A program made the translations under genes and the position numbers. From Vicugna vicugna (Eukaryota): a stretch of 64,000 bases of DNA. This document shows positions 51,308 to 64,000 of the stretch, one piece after another. The number at the start of each line of letters is the position of its first letter. The first letter of the stretch is position 1. The stretch is from assembly GCA_013265495.1 (NCBI GenBank), contig MU058781.1, positions 7,669,009-7,733,008 on the forward strand, read 5' to 3'. The notes below the pieces were generated by a model. The model saw only the letters and a list, made by a program, of their open reading frames with translations, did not search any database and was not told the DNA's origin.

Positions 51308-54300
51308 CTTCGGAAAAGGAAAAACATGGTCTTTTTCTTCCACTGAATAATGTCTCAAACACATGAAAACTATTTTTAGGCCAGCTCCCTGGAATCTTTG
51401 CTTTAGAACAATTGATTTTAAATCCTTTATACACTTTGGTCTTTATACTGTATCTCTGTATCGAGACTTGACAAAAACGCTCTTTTTCGTCATCATCACT
51501 GTTTGCCTCCAAAACGTCTTTTTCAAGCCACCACACATAACCACACACGCTGCCAACTGAATGACTGAGAGTTCCCATTTACATGGCCCATGTTCTCATA
51601 CAGGTTTTACAGACAAACCTGCGGGTTATGACCCTTAGAGTTATGCATGGTTGTGGTTCCGGGGCCCTGCAGGGAGTTTCTTTTTGCTCTCTAAAATAAA
51701 TCTCGTAGGTAGTCCCATTAACTCGAGTCCGACATCTTCTTCCAACCCACCCTCCCTAAGACTGCAAGAATGAGTTTCCTGAAATGTGTACGTTCAACCA
51801 CAAACATTAAAGAGGGACCCCAGTGCTCTACACGTCCTTCTTCGAGTGTATAAACGCACGTGTGAGAGGCAGGAGGGAGGCTCAGCAGAAAGTAACAGCT
51901 GGAGAAGAGAGAACTGGCTTGTGTTTACGTGTGGCCCGACCCACACACAGCTTTACCCTGGGAAAGGTGACAGCCCTACTGACGAAAAGCATTTAAGCCC
52001 AACTTCTGACCAATCGCTAATGGACACTCTTATCACAGAGACCCCAGAAGGCTGGCCTTAACCGTGAAAGCAATGATTACCAAGAAAAAAACCAACAAAG
52101 AATCAAAAATGGAGCAGACACATCAGTTGCTGTACTCTGCAGTGAGACATATTCCACAGAATTATTCCAAGCAAGTCATAAAGCAAGGAAACAAATCAAC
52201 AACAACAACAAAAACCCGCAAATAAATAAAAAAGATGGACTGTGTGTCTCTCTGTTTCTATATAAAAGAACACCAAATTTCTACGTCCACCCCACCCTAC
52301 AGCAGCTTTTCTCTCTTCAGAATTAGTGAGCAGCAGGTACAGGTCTGGGGGCTAGGGACACAGAAAGGCCTCTGGAAGTACATGAGGGCTAAAAACAAAG
52401 CAAGATAGAAAGCTACGTTAACGATTTACATCTATATGCAATATAGGTTTAAAATACATGCATGTGCATTTGAAGAAAAGGCCTCTTTGTTATTATCATT
52501 CCAGAACAGCAGTGAAGACTAGGGAGCCCGGGATCTCAAGCGCTTCCCTGCTGGGCTGGTGACTTAATTTATTTCTTTAATTTGTTATAACCCCACAAAA
52601 AATGATACTCTTTGGAGACCTCAGTAGCCTGAGTTCTGCATGTATTATCTGCTGGAAGAGATTAATGAGATAGCAGAGGCAATTTGAAATGGGGTCCCTT
52701 GGTTTTCATCTCCCCCACCCCCAACCCCCGCCTTCGAACTCAGTTGCCAGTTCAGCATTATGAATCTACTAAGTGTTCTTGGCATGTCTGATGGGGAAAG
52801 GGAGAGATGGTATAAACTGCAGGCTAAAAAGATGGAAAAAACCCACCACCAACAACCCAAACCTTCCTTCCCCACCCTCACCCTGCACCTGTTAGCTACA
52901 ATGCAATAACTATCTATCTCATCTTATGTAAGACATGTATGTTTACATGTCTTCAATCTTCAGTCTTCCAAGACCTGTAACCTGTGGTTTTAGGTATTCC
53001 CAGGGTATGATTCACATCCCATCCCTCTGCAGACCACCCAAACCACCAGATTATGAAAAGTCATCATTACTGCCCTGCCTGGATAACATACCTTTAGTAT
53101 ATTATAGTATTTTTGGTATTAAGACATTTTAATCATGGTACCTGAAAGAAAAGTAAAAGGTAGTTCAAAGCATGGGCACAAGAGTTTCGTGTGTTATTTA
53201 TGAGTGTTTGAAGGGAAAGTCAAAGGTAAGTTTGCTGACAGTGACAGTAGAGCACTCTCTATTGCCAGCCCAGAGAATACCCCCGTGGATTCCCACTGGC
53301 TAACAGCACCACCAGCTCTGAGAAATAAGTGACAGCCAGGTGATAAGAGCCAAGAGAATTTTTTGACAAAAGCAGCATTTCTCTTAACAGCTGCAGAAAG
53401 GCTGCCACAAAAGAAAACTTAGGAATTCAAAACTTTCTCTGACTCTCATTGCAAATGTAAATGGCTACTGTGGCATAATGTAAATTGGGCCCTAGAAATG
53501 TTCCTTGGGTGGAAAAATGTTTACTACATGATATTCAGTGAAAAAGAGAAAAATACGAAACTGAACGGTATGAACTCAAATTTGGAAAAGAGCAGAAACA
53601 ATGACAAAACAAAATACTGTGTGTGTGTGTGTATGTGTGTGTTTGAAAAGAGAATAAAAGTAATTAAACCAGAATATTAGCAACAAGTGTTAAGATGAAC
53701 TATATTTAATGGTTATTTTTGATACTAACATTTTAAAAATGCTTTTGAATTTATTATAAAATACAATATACACATTTTAAACATGTTTTAAGAAAGGAAA
53801 AAATTTTTTCTACGGAACTGCATTATAGCCTTAACTGGTTTACTGTGTTAACACTGCACCTTCCACATCTGTGACATCTTTCCATGAGTCATCTCTCTTG
53901 TCCACCAAAATTTTCACCTAGCTTTTTGGAGGTTGGAAAAGGAAGGCACTAATAATTCAAATGATCACTTCTCACACAGTATGTCAGAGGTAAGACTAAT
54001 GAAACCTTATGAATTCTCACTGAAGACAAGGCATCGCAGCTGGAAGCCCGAGTTCCCGGAACAGTAAAGGACAGACCGTGCCATTATGCAAACACACGTA
54101 AGAGAGGAGCATTGGGTGGTAAAAACAAATTTAAGAGAGACCATAATCTGGGAGAAAATAAGTAGGGTAAGTAGAACATCCATATTTCTCACATTAAGAG
54201 GTGAGGTCTCTGAGGATCAACTGTCCATTCCTCTCGGAGCATTATCCACAGTATACACTTTTTAACTAAAACTGAAAACACGTACTCCATCGATAACTAT

Positions 54301-54674
54301 TACTAATATTATCGGTTGCACACCATGAACCAAATATTCAGGAAACCTGTGATATGGCATTTTACACATATTTCATATTTATTTCTCCCCAGATATGCCA
54401 TTTTTGTCATAATGAAATTGTGATTCGGAAATTGCCCTACCTATTCAATGTCACATGGCTAAAAAGTACATAATTCACACTTGAACCCAAGTCTGTCTGA
54501 CCCAAGGGCTTATACTTTTCCCAGCATTCTACACCATCCTACAAAGTGTTACGGGACCACAACATCCTATTGAAAGAGCTGGCTGGGCCAGCGTAAAGAC
54601 AGAATTCCTTTTAGGAAGAGAACTTCACCTTTGGCAGGGAAGCTACTTTAACAGGTACACTCAGGAACGTTAAA

Positions 54675-54990
54675 TTCATTAGGATGTGACAATGTAATTC
54701 AGTGATTTAAGAAATACAGAAATGCGTATCTCACTCACGTGATGATCTCAGGTCAGGGCATGGCTCTCCTCCACTTGGATCAGGAACTCAGGCTAAGGTC
54801 TTCTCTTCTATCCCCAAGATGTGGCTTACAATATATTTCCTGCCGTGGCCATTCCTACCCTTGGGAAGAAGGAAAAGGCCCAGAGGAGCACACATGTGAG
54901 TATCTCTAGGTCACTCCTGGAAGAGGCCCCTGTCAACTCCACCCACCTTCCACTGGGGAGAGCTCAGTCCCCAGGTGTCAATACCTTCAG
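54675..54990 (-). mobile_element. Old MLT1 MaLR LTR fragment
   Basis: cagtgatttaagaaatacagaaatgcgtatctcactcacg...tcaggaactcaggct...caactccacccaccttccactggggagagctcagtc. Confidence 0.55.
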
Positions 54991-55244
54991 AAATAGGACT
55001 TGAGTGGAAGACACATAATGCAGAGCAGAGATTCAAAACGCAGAGAAAACAAAAATAAAACAAAACAAAAAAGGAGCTAGAGCCAAAAGGGAAGGCCCTA
55101 ATCAGTCCTGGAGATACTCGGATATGCTGAGGTGCCCAGAATATGGAATTCACGGCATCAAGCCATTTTGTTGAAATATTCACTGAAGGGAGTCTGAAAA
55201 AGCACGAAAATCTGAGATTACAAATGGCTACAAATGGGATAGCA

Positions 55245-55650
55245 GTGGAGGAGAAGAAAGATCACTGGGCTCAAAAGCAGAAATCCAGGGATCTCAATTC
55301 TGACCTTGCTACTAATTAGTTCTTTGATTTAGGAGAAATCTCCATCACTCCAACCCTCAACTTCCTTTTTTCCAACTGAAGTATAGTTGACTTATAACGT
55401 TATATTAGTTTCAAGTGTACAGCATAATAATTCAATATTTTGGTAGATTTCTCTCCAAACAAACTTATTTTAAAAATTTATTATATTCCCTGTGCTGTGC
55501 ATTGCATCTTTATAAGTTATTTCCAATCCTCAACTTCCTATTTAGTTAAGTAGGGAAATAATACTTGCTCCACAGGGCTGTTGACCAATGGGAGAAGATA
55601 ATGTATGCGAAAAGCATCTGAGCCTGTAAAGTACTACGTAAACATAACGT
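55245..55650 (+). mobile_element. MIR SINE split by a short L1 insertion
   Basis: MIR 5' half (...cttgctactaattag...cctcaacttcc) resumes after 55539 (gggaaataatacttgctccacagggctgttg). Confidence 0.7.
55367..55521 (-). mobile_element. Severely 5'-truncated L1 3' end with an 18-bp TSD
   Basis: tgaagtatagttgacttataacgttatattagtttcaagtgtacagca; TSD tccaa(c/t)cctcaacttcct at 55349-55366 and 55522-55539. Confidence 0.85.
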
Positions 55651-58329
55651 AAAACTGTAACACTGGCCTGGAAAATGCACAGAATATGACTACTTCCCAT
55701 TTTCTGGGCAATGTGGTCACTTTCATTAATGGTGGGGTAAGAAGAGCAAGGACTGAGAAACACCATGAGGGTTAAAATACAGTGACAAAAGAACCATTGG
55801 GGCTTAGGAGAAGATTTGGGTGCAAAAAATTAGATGTCAGAATTAGTCTTATGTTTCAAAGGAATTTTGCCAAAGACTATATGAATCTCTTCCATAATAT
55901 TTGGTATTTGGGGCCAGTGAAAAGACTAAGATAATGAGAAATGCAGTGCACATACGAAGTTGAGCATATTTCAGATTTAAAATCCAGTCAGCTACTAATT
56001 TTGCATTCATGGGTGTATGCATGTGTGTGCACGCAAGCATTTAAATGACGCTTTCTAATGGCTGTGGTTGCTGCTTCCCCTTTAAAAACGGGTTTTACTT
56101 GCCTTATGTTCTGTAGAGTTAATTAAATACCAGAGATAACATGTTTACTATCTCAAGTCCCACATAGTTGTGAGGATTTTGTCATTGATTTTGGTCCAAA
56201 TAGAACACCTTTAGAAACATAGCAACACTCAGCTGCTCTTGGGAGAATCTAATGAGTTATTAATATATCAATATTACTATTTTCTGCCTTAATATCCCAT
56301 ATCCGTGCCTTAGTCCCACCATACACACACACACACGTATATACACAAACATATATTCCTTAACACTAGGAAATCAACTCCTAGATACTTTAAAAATATA
56401 TCTCCCCTTGTAGAGTGCACAGAAACTCCCTGTACACTTCTTTACAACTTCCTCTAAATCAGTAATTGCTTTAAAAAAAGAATTACTTTTCCCCTAAATA
56501 TTTCCAATACATAAAAGAGCACAAGGAAGTTCGTTTGGAGTTCTGGTTAAAGCATTTCTATTGCCTTCCAAATACAGTACTAGAAATACTACCCATTAGA
56601 TTTGGGGTTCGGTTTTCCATTTAGATGCCATCCAAATTATAATAATGCAAAAAGTATTTCTTAAAAGTGAGGTTTCTTAGTAGAAAGCATTCTTTGCTTT
56701 AGAAGAAGCCACCACGGGAAAAAAAAAGAACTGCAGGCATTAGAGCTGGGTTCTTATTTTTGACCAAATGCCTTAAGAGAAAAAAGGACACTCTGTAGGA
56801 TCATAAAAAGTCTTTGGATGGGACTTCTCAAAATATCATGAGCCAACCAAAACACTGTTATTTGGCATGCAATGTAACACTTTGAAAATACTTCCTGGAC
56901 ACTTTTTTATGTGACAGCTACTGTGCTAGGCTTGTAGACAAAGTTACAGATGACGCAGCCATCAATATCCACCCAATCACCGAACTCACCACGTCCCTCC
57001 TTTCATCGTTCTCTGCATCTGAGTCCTCCCTCTGTGCTACAGCCTACCTCCTCAGTAACTGCCCCGGCATCCTCTAGTCTGTCGTCTCCAATTGCACTGA
57101 GACCTTTTAAAGTCACAGGACCAGCTCATCCCTGAACTATAAAACTTGTACTTCAGACTGGTCTCTCTCCAATTCTTTTCTAACTTCACCATCAGCATGA
57201 TTTTTTCTTTCAAATTAAAAAAAAAAATCATCATGTTGCTCTCAAAATCCTTTACTGACTCACCACTACCTACATTCTCAATTTTTAATTCCTATTTTGT
57301 GCAGGTGGGATACTGTTTGAAAATAAAGTAGCACCTCAAGGTATGAGGTCTTTGAAACCAACTGGTACTGTAGTGCAGTAATTTATTTTATGAATCACAA
57401 CTAGTTGATTACAAGGTCAATCAATGAGAACACTGAGATTATCAAGATTATTACCAAAATTTCAAATCAGGTTTGGGAATGAAATTTTACTCTTAGGTCA
57501 GCCTTGATGTCCGATTTTATTTCTGGGTTTGGTTTAGAATTTAGAGAAATTAAAAATGAAATAAACCCTAATTCACACGGATAAATACTTGAAATTAAGA
57601 ACAGGTTTTTAATAGCTACTTTTGCAATCTCGTGATATTTTTTCAATTAAATGGAAGCGACAGGACAAGCTTTATTTTGAAAAGATACGAACGTGGCAGC
57701 CAAGTTAATTGTGCTGGTCACCTCTAGTGTGTTCCTCTAGTATATCTGAAAGGGTTTTCTTCTTTGCTTAGTTATTAAAATAGTTTAAAACATCACAATA
57801 TAAAATTCATATCAACAACCACGAAGCAGAATCAAGTCCACACTTCTCAGCACGGACTATGACACCCTCCATGATCCCGTCGTTTCTTGTTTTCTCCAGT
57901 TGTGCATCTGCTCATCTTCAGCCCCAGGCTTAGCCCCACCAGCAGTTTCCGGTTCTTTGAAAGCAGCATGGTTCAGCCCTTGGTTTCATGTCTCTTGCCT
58001 TTTCCCCTGCCTGTGATGCACCTGGGGGTTTTCTCCTCCGTGAAAGCCCCACTTCTCTCCAGGGAACTTGGCCACTCATTCTACGCCCCATCTACTCCAG
58101 AAAAGGAAATCTGTATTTTACCTTTTGAGACATTTATTTGTTTTTGGTGTTTTCTCCTTTCATCCCTCCAGACTTGAGGGAAGGACCCTGTGTTATTCAC
58201 ATCTGGGGGAGATCTGCCCTTTGTCACACAAGCTTAGCTGAAACTACAGTTCCAAGATCCCCTGTATTGTTTTCATTTATGAGTGGCCATCAGGGAATAG
58301 AGTGTGAGATTCAGAGGCAGAAATTTATC

Positions 58330-58800
58330 AGCAACCACTGATCTCTGAAGGCTGGTGAAGGGCGCCGCTGACGGTGGCAGCTCACAGGCATCGCCACTGA
58401 TGCTGGCTCACGTTGTGGTGGGAGAGCAGCTGAGCCCACAGCTCCTCCAGGTCCTGCCAGACTCTCCCCTGTGAGTCTCCAAGGCTGGGGCCAGGCACGT
58501 CAGCAGCTCCAAGGCAAAGGACCCCCCTTCTGCAGGGCGTGCAGGTAACTGATTTCATGGCTTTCAGCTTGCTGTTTACAAGTTCCAGTTTGTCTTCACT
58601 CTCCCCCACTCCACATCCGAGTTTTCTTCCCAATCGCTGGCTTTGGTTGTGCATCTCCTCATCTTCAGCCCCAGATTCAGAGGCAACAGCCTTTCAAAGA
58701 CGTCTTCACCAGCACCTACAACTGATTAAGGGATAATCCGAAGAATAAATAAATCCCTCACTCCGTATCACTTAAAATGTCTTTATGGATCCAGTCTTAT
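58330..58800 (+). mobile_element. ERVL-type LTR relic (LTR40/41-like)
   Basis: gagcccacagctcctcc...ggctttcagcttgc...ccacatccgagttttcttccc...cagaggcaacagcc...aataaatccct near the end. Confidence 0.45.
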
Positions 58801-60727
58801 CTCACACAGTATTATACTCTAGTATTACACCTCTTTTCAATTCTTGGTCTTCAGCAGGTATTCATTTCATAAATATTCTTGCCCCCATTAACAATCAGCA
58901 CTAGTCCACCTGGCGGCAGGCTGGGGACAGGTATAAGCTGGAGATGGAATTAACCAGGACTTTAGTTTTACAGCCATCAGAACTAGAGGTCACCCTAGAT
59001 ATTATCATGTACAAGGTAACTTTAGGGAAGATAAATGCACATAAAATGGTGTCTACACATTTTCCTGAAGAGAGAGTGGGTCCATAGCTTTTAACAGATT
59101 CCAAAAGAGCTAGTGTTAGAAGACACTCTATTTTCCAGATGTCAAGCTGGAGAACCCCACAACTGGATAATAGGAGAATTCAGGCTAGAATCGGGGTGTC
59201 TGACCTTAAGTTTTGTTTTCTCTCTATTCCAGCATGAAAAATGATAGAAAACAAAGTTGTTAATGATAGAAATGCTGCAGCAGAAGGGACAGTGAAAGAG
59301 ACTAGGAATGCTTCCGGGCCCTCTGGCCTCTCAAGGGGCTACTGTGAATATGTCCAGAGGTTCCGAAGTCTCAACGTCACCTTGGAAAGTCTCACTGCTC
59401 ACCACAGCGCACCCACGACAAGCCACCGCCTGTGCCACGCAGATCAGTCTGCTCTGTGTACTAGGTTCATCCCATCCGGGAGCAGCGCTTTCAGAGCTCT
59501 GGACGGTCCTGTAGGGAAACTCCAGGGAGGAAGAGGGTGAGGTGAACCGTAGCTCCCACTGCTGCAGCGAGTCGTCCACCTCCACATCTCCCTGATGCTG
59601 CCCTACCTTCCCTCTCCACCGTCCCACCCTCCCCTAACGTCATGCCTAAGGTGGCTCTGCAAGTCCCCACCTCTAAGTGCTGGCCATTGCTACCTCCAAG
59701 CTCTCCAAGCCACCCCAGCAGCATTTCTTGGGGCTTTGCAAGGTTGTTAACTCCTGTGTCACAGAAGAGTGCTCCCATATTAATCAACTCTCCCTGAGCT
59801 GATTTTATGTTCTAACTCTGTGGTCTAGAACCCTCAGGATTCAGTTCCATGGCACTCCCCTCGCTCTTGCTCGAATATGTGGACTAGGTCCTACGACTCT
59901 TTCAGAGTATAGTTCTTTCCTTCCTCACCAAGCCCAGCGCTTCCCAGCATGATACATAAAGGCCTGGCCCTAATTTCTGGTCCAGTGGCCAGGAAAATAG
60001 AGGAGGAAAAGATTCTAACGTGATGGCATGCTGTCCTGCAAGGCAGAAGCATCCTCGCTGTCTTCAAGATAGCAAGGAGGGTTGGTGTTTAACAGAGAGC
60101 AGTGGGCCACTTCTGCAAGCCCCAAGATTTTGTAAGTATCTGGGATTTTCATATTTTTGGTGCACTGATTTATATACTTCAGGGTTTACTCTTTCTCAAC
60201 ACGGGCCCTGACCTTGGGAAAGCAGATTTTCCAGAGTTGAGAAGTTAACCTCTTCTGGAGCTTTGTTATCCTTATAATTCAGTCTTGGGACTGATCTTTG
60301 GCCTGTTCTGCCCTCTGGCTAGAGGAGATAAGAGTCTCTTTATGCACTGCCACAGAGACCCTCCAACTTTCACACTTCGCCTTTAATTGGTGATCAATCA
60401 CGCTCAAGCTTCCATTGTCTCTCTCCAGTGCAAAAATTTCCGCTCAGCAGCAGCCTTCTGATTCCTTTGTCTGTGTAACACTACTGCTGCTCCGTGCTCT
60501 CAGATGCCTGACATAGTGCACCTGCCATTGCACTCCCTTCCATCAGTATCCCACCCCAGTTTACCATCGGCAAAATGCTAACAACTGCACGGCTCCACAT
60601 GCCAGGGACTGCCAGCACCTCACCTACCACCCCTGACAGGGTCTTCACTACCAGCCAACCCACACACAATCCAACTTCAAAGTCCCATTTTAGATTCTTG
60701 CTTCCTCAGAACACTCCTGATACCAAC

Positions 60728-61615
60728 TGTCTTAGATCAGGTTGCCTGAAAAATGCCTCAGATGGAGAGTTTCACTGCAGGAAGATAATCAAGGAAATGT
60801 AGTGACTGTGGAACTGTCCTCTCCGATCTACCCACAAAACCACCTGCTGCAAGGAAAGAGGTTCAATGAGAGCCTCCAGATGCCACACCGTCCATTCTGT
60901 CCCAGCGTTCCCACTGTGACCATGGACTCTTTGGGCTTGCCAAAGCAGTGACTCACCACAGCAGAATTTCTCTGCCCAACTCAGGACTCCTCTCATGGGC
61001 AGTCATTGCTCTGGGGCCCCTCCTCAGCCTGGCTGAGACGTTTTCAGGGTTATACTGCAGTTTGAGGCTTTTCCTGCTCAACCCCACTTCCCTTCCTCTC
61101 TCCTTTCAGAGGACTCAGAGTTGCAGCGCAGACGGGGGCTCTCCTGCCTTCCCTGCTCGCTCGCTCTCACAGCATTTCCCCCTCCAGTACGGATCTGCGT
61201 GTCTAATTCTAGTTTGTCACCTGCTCCTTGGAGGACCCTGACTGACACTTGAGTGCTTCTTGGAATAATTTCTGTCAGTGATTCAACAAAGGAGGGAGGC
61301 AGAAGGGAAAGCTGGACTGCCGTGTGGTTCCAGTGAAGGGACTGTGTGATCTCACAGCAGGACCCGGGACGGCCCTTCAGGGCTGCCCCATGTTGAGGCA
61401 ATAGGACTAACCAGTTACAGCCTGCATCCATGAGTCACTGGATAAAGGCTGCCACAAGAAAGGGACACAACATGGGTGAGTCAGCCCTTGTTGGCTGAGA
61501 GAAAGTCCCAGAGAGACTCAGCTGTGAGCCATCAGCAGCAGACACTCCGGGCAAGCAAAGGGAGTAAGTGCCTTGGCCCCCAAGGGGATGACCTGCGTAG
61601 CACAGAGCTCCCACT
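60728..61615. mobile_element. LTR16-family LTR (minus) interrupted by a second LTR16-family LTR (plus, 60798-61247)
   Basis: The outer element starts tgtcttagatcaggttgcctgaaaa and resumes gagtgcttcttggaat...gggaaagctggactgc. The inner element runs TGTAGTG...cttggaggaccctgactgaCA. Confidence 0.6.
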
Positions 61616-62834
61616 TCAAAGAGGAAACTGGAAACTATTATTATGAGCAAAGGACAACAGTCGTCATTTCTGCCCCCTTTATAAAGGGAGGCCATCCCAT
61701 TCTATAGAACTCTGTGGACGAGCAGAGCATGTTTCTGGGATTAGAACTGGGGTCAGGAAGAGAAGCCCGTAAGCAAGGTGACCGTGAGCAAGAGACACAC
61801 CACACGCTGACGGAGTGTACTTTGTACGGGTGACATTTCTTCCTGATGCTCCGTGCTTCTGCTCCACGCGGGGAAGATGTTTCTTCCTCTTTTCCTTATA
61901 AAGAGGACAAGAGAGATGACATCGACTGTCCAGCCCTGCTCCAGTCAGCCCCGAGGCCAGGCTAAGGCGAGTCTACTTCTTCTGCGCCGCCACAGTGTAC
62001 CCTCACGACAGGCAGGGACACCACCTGCAACCACAGCTCACCGTCGGCTGAGAAACGGGCACGGTCTCACATGGCGCTTGCCACCCTGAGCTCCTCAGTC
62101 CACAGAAAACCCTATGGAGCAGATATCACTGTCTCCGTTTAATGGCTGAGCCAACTGTTCACTGCAAGATGGATCGTTCCCCTCACGTTACACAGCCGAG
62201 AATCAAGAAACCTAGGATCAAATCCTGGTTCTAAGAGCGATTTTCTTCATACTTTCCTATGCTCTCACACCCCCTTGGAAATCAGAATCCCAATGACAAA
62301 TGCTTCCACTCCTCATCACACCTTTCGATTTAAAGGAAAGGCAGAAGTCAAAGCCTCAGAGCCCCTGGACTGTAGTGACCAAATCCGCTGGTAACTCTGA
62401 CCGGGAGGATAACTGCACGCATAGGTGTTTGGTGGCAGCACTGGCAGATTTCATCTAAAGATGAGCAAGTTATTCTGAGCCGGTGCTCTTTGCCAGTGTG
62501 CATCCACTCAACTGCTTCTGTCTCAGAGCATCTCTGTGCTCCCACCTGACGACTTTCCCCTCGCTTGGAGGTCCTCAGCAGAGGCGCTGCGGTGTGCGTG
62601 CACACACACGTGCACATGCACACACAGATTCTCCTGCTCTTCAACTACCAGGAGGTGGCAGGCTGCGAGGGCCTTTCATTCCTTTTCCATGTTGGACCTT
62701 TTGATGTGTTGCCTGTACCGTTCTTCCCCAGAGCTCACAAGGCTGTCTGTGATGAGAGTTTCATCGGCAGCCAATTACAGAGAGGATGTGTGGGTGATCA
62801 GAAGAGTGCAGCCTGCTGGGGGACTGTCACTTAC

Positions 62835-63002
62835 AGAATTAAAGGCAATGCGATCATTGCTGAAGGGTTCAGTTCGGACAGGAGCTGTAACCTTCCCGCC
62901 GTACTTCCAGTCATCCGAATTTGATGGGTTGTTTCTGTGTGTTTTAGGTTGTTTAATTTTTTTTTTGTTTTGTAAGCAACCGCTGCTCATATTTTAAAAT
63001 AC
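62835..63002 (-). other. Candidate 168-nt exon with upstream ATGs
   Basis: Acceptor gattaccattactcttag|GTAT, donor TCT|gtaagt (plus acttac at 62829-62834); non-repetitive and CpG-retaining. Confidence 0.5.
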
Positions 63003-64000
63003 CTAAGAGTAATGGTAATCTCTTTGCAATGAAATATGAATGAAGGTAGCCTGCCTCCTAAAATGCAACGCTGTGAAAAGAATCCAACGACCATTTGAAT
63101 GTATACATGTAAATGAAGGCTAGTCCTGAATAGAATTTCAACATGCAAATGGAGAAAATGAAAGGAAACTGTGCCACCCTCTGTGTGTAAAAGCCAGGGA
63201 TGACGCTGTGTTAGAGCGATAAATGTAGGTGTTCTCAATTCAGAACATGTGACATTTACGCTCAATAGCCCAGCTACGGCCCCATGATGTACGTCCTGTC
63301 CTCAAATGTATACAATCAGAGCACCCATGTTATTCCATAGATTGATAACTAAATGGTAAGAAGAGTGAAAAAGAGTCTCAACTTTTATGCCTCAATTTGT
63401 CCTTAGTGAGAAATCAATCTTGATTTTTTTCTCATTTACTTCAGTCTTGACAGAAAAGCGGATCTGATTTTTCTTAAGGAACAAAAAACCGATAGAAAGA
63501 GAGAGAGAAGGGGAGGAGGCATGAGAAAGGATGACCCTGTCCCTTGGCCACCCACCAGCGCAACAAAGGATGGTCTCGTCCCACCGAGCACCCCCAGCTG
63601 CGCCTGCGATGATTTCCGTCGATTGCTAAGGAGCACACGAGACGGGCTTTGACACGTTCAAGTGTGTTTTCCGACCACGGTGAAACACGAACAGAAGAGC
63701 TGTGTGTTTAACCAACATAAGCAGATGTCAAGGAGTGCAAAAATATGCCACTTTGGAAGTCAGTATGTCTGTGTATTTGTGCCAGCATATGCCCAGAACA
63801 CGAGTATTCTGAGCGGTAAGCGTGCGGAGTAATGAGGAAAGGAACAACACTCTTCTACTGAAAAAAAAAAAAAAAGCCTGTCGTAATTTCAGTAAGTTGA
63901 AAGCACCTTAGTATGGCAACACTTCACATCTGTTCAGGACAGTGGGAGGTGGGCAGGTTGCTGTGGATGCTGAAGGGAGAACCCTGAGAGAAGGTGGGGG

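Noticed and set aside
62536..62997. 153-aa plus-strand ORF
   Set aside because: GTG start, no recognisable homology, and antisense to the better-supported minus-strand exon candidate.
1..64000. Host gene identity; tRNA, rRNA, snoRNA, miRNA or CRISPR features
   Set aside because: The exon sequences matched no gene I reliably recall, so no symbol is given. No structured RNA gene or repeat-spacer array was recognisable by eye; an Infernal/Rfam scan would be decisive.

Overview
Mammalian intronic-type DNA with no recognisable protein-coding exon of a known gene, and no tRNA, rRNA or CRISPR array. The repeat content suggests a cetartiodactyl, probably a camelid: L1 3' UTRs are of cetartiodactyl style and I saw no Alu, B1/B2, Bov-tA/BovB, CHR, PRE1, ERE or Can-SINE (inference). 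Much of the window is transposon-derived: MIR, L2, L3/CR1, old and younger L1, MaLR/ERVL LTRs, hAT relics, a MER34-like ERV1 provirus nested between an MLT1A LTR and an L1, and a young solo LTR with a perfect TSD. The main non-repeat signal is a chain of short minus-strand exon candidates with good splice sites and no continuous reading frame (62835-63002, 51228-51307, 34653-34802, 33586-33721, 2837-2862, 2407-2468), plus promoter-like spots (small CpG island at ~33.9-34.2 kb; NRF1 site and donor at ~21.8-22.1 kb). This fits a multi-promoter, uORF-rich 5' leader or lncRNA of a large minus-strand gene that I could not name. I see no convincing novel biological system. Repeat family names come from recognition by eye, and boundaries are approximate unless a TSD or splice site is quoted.
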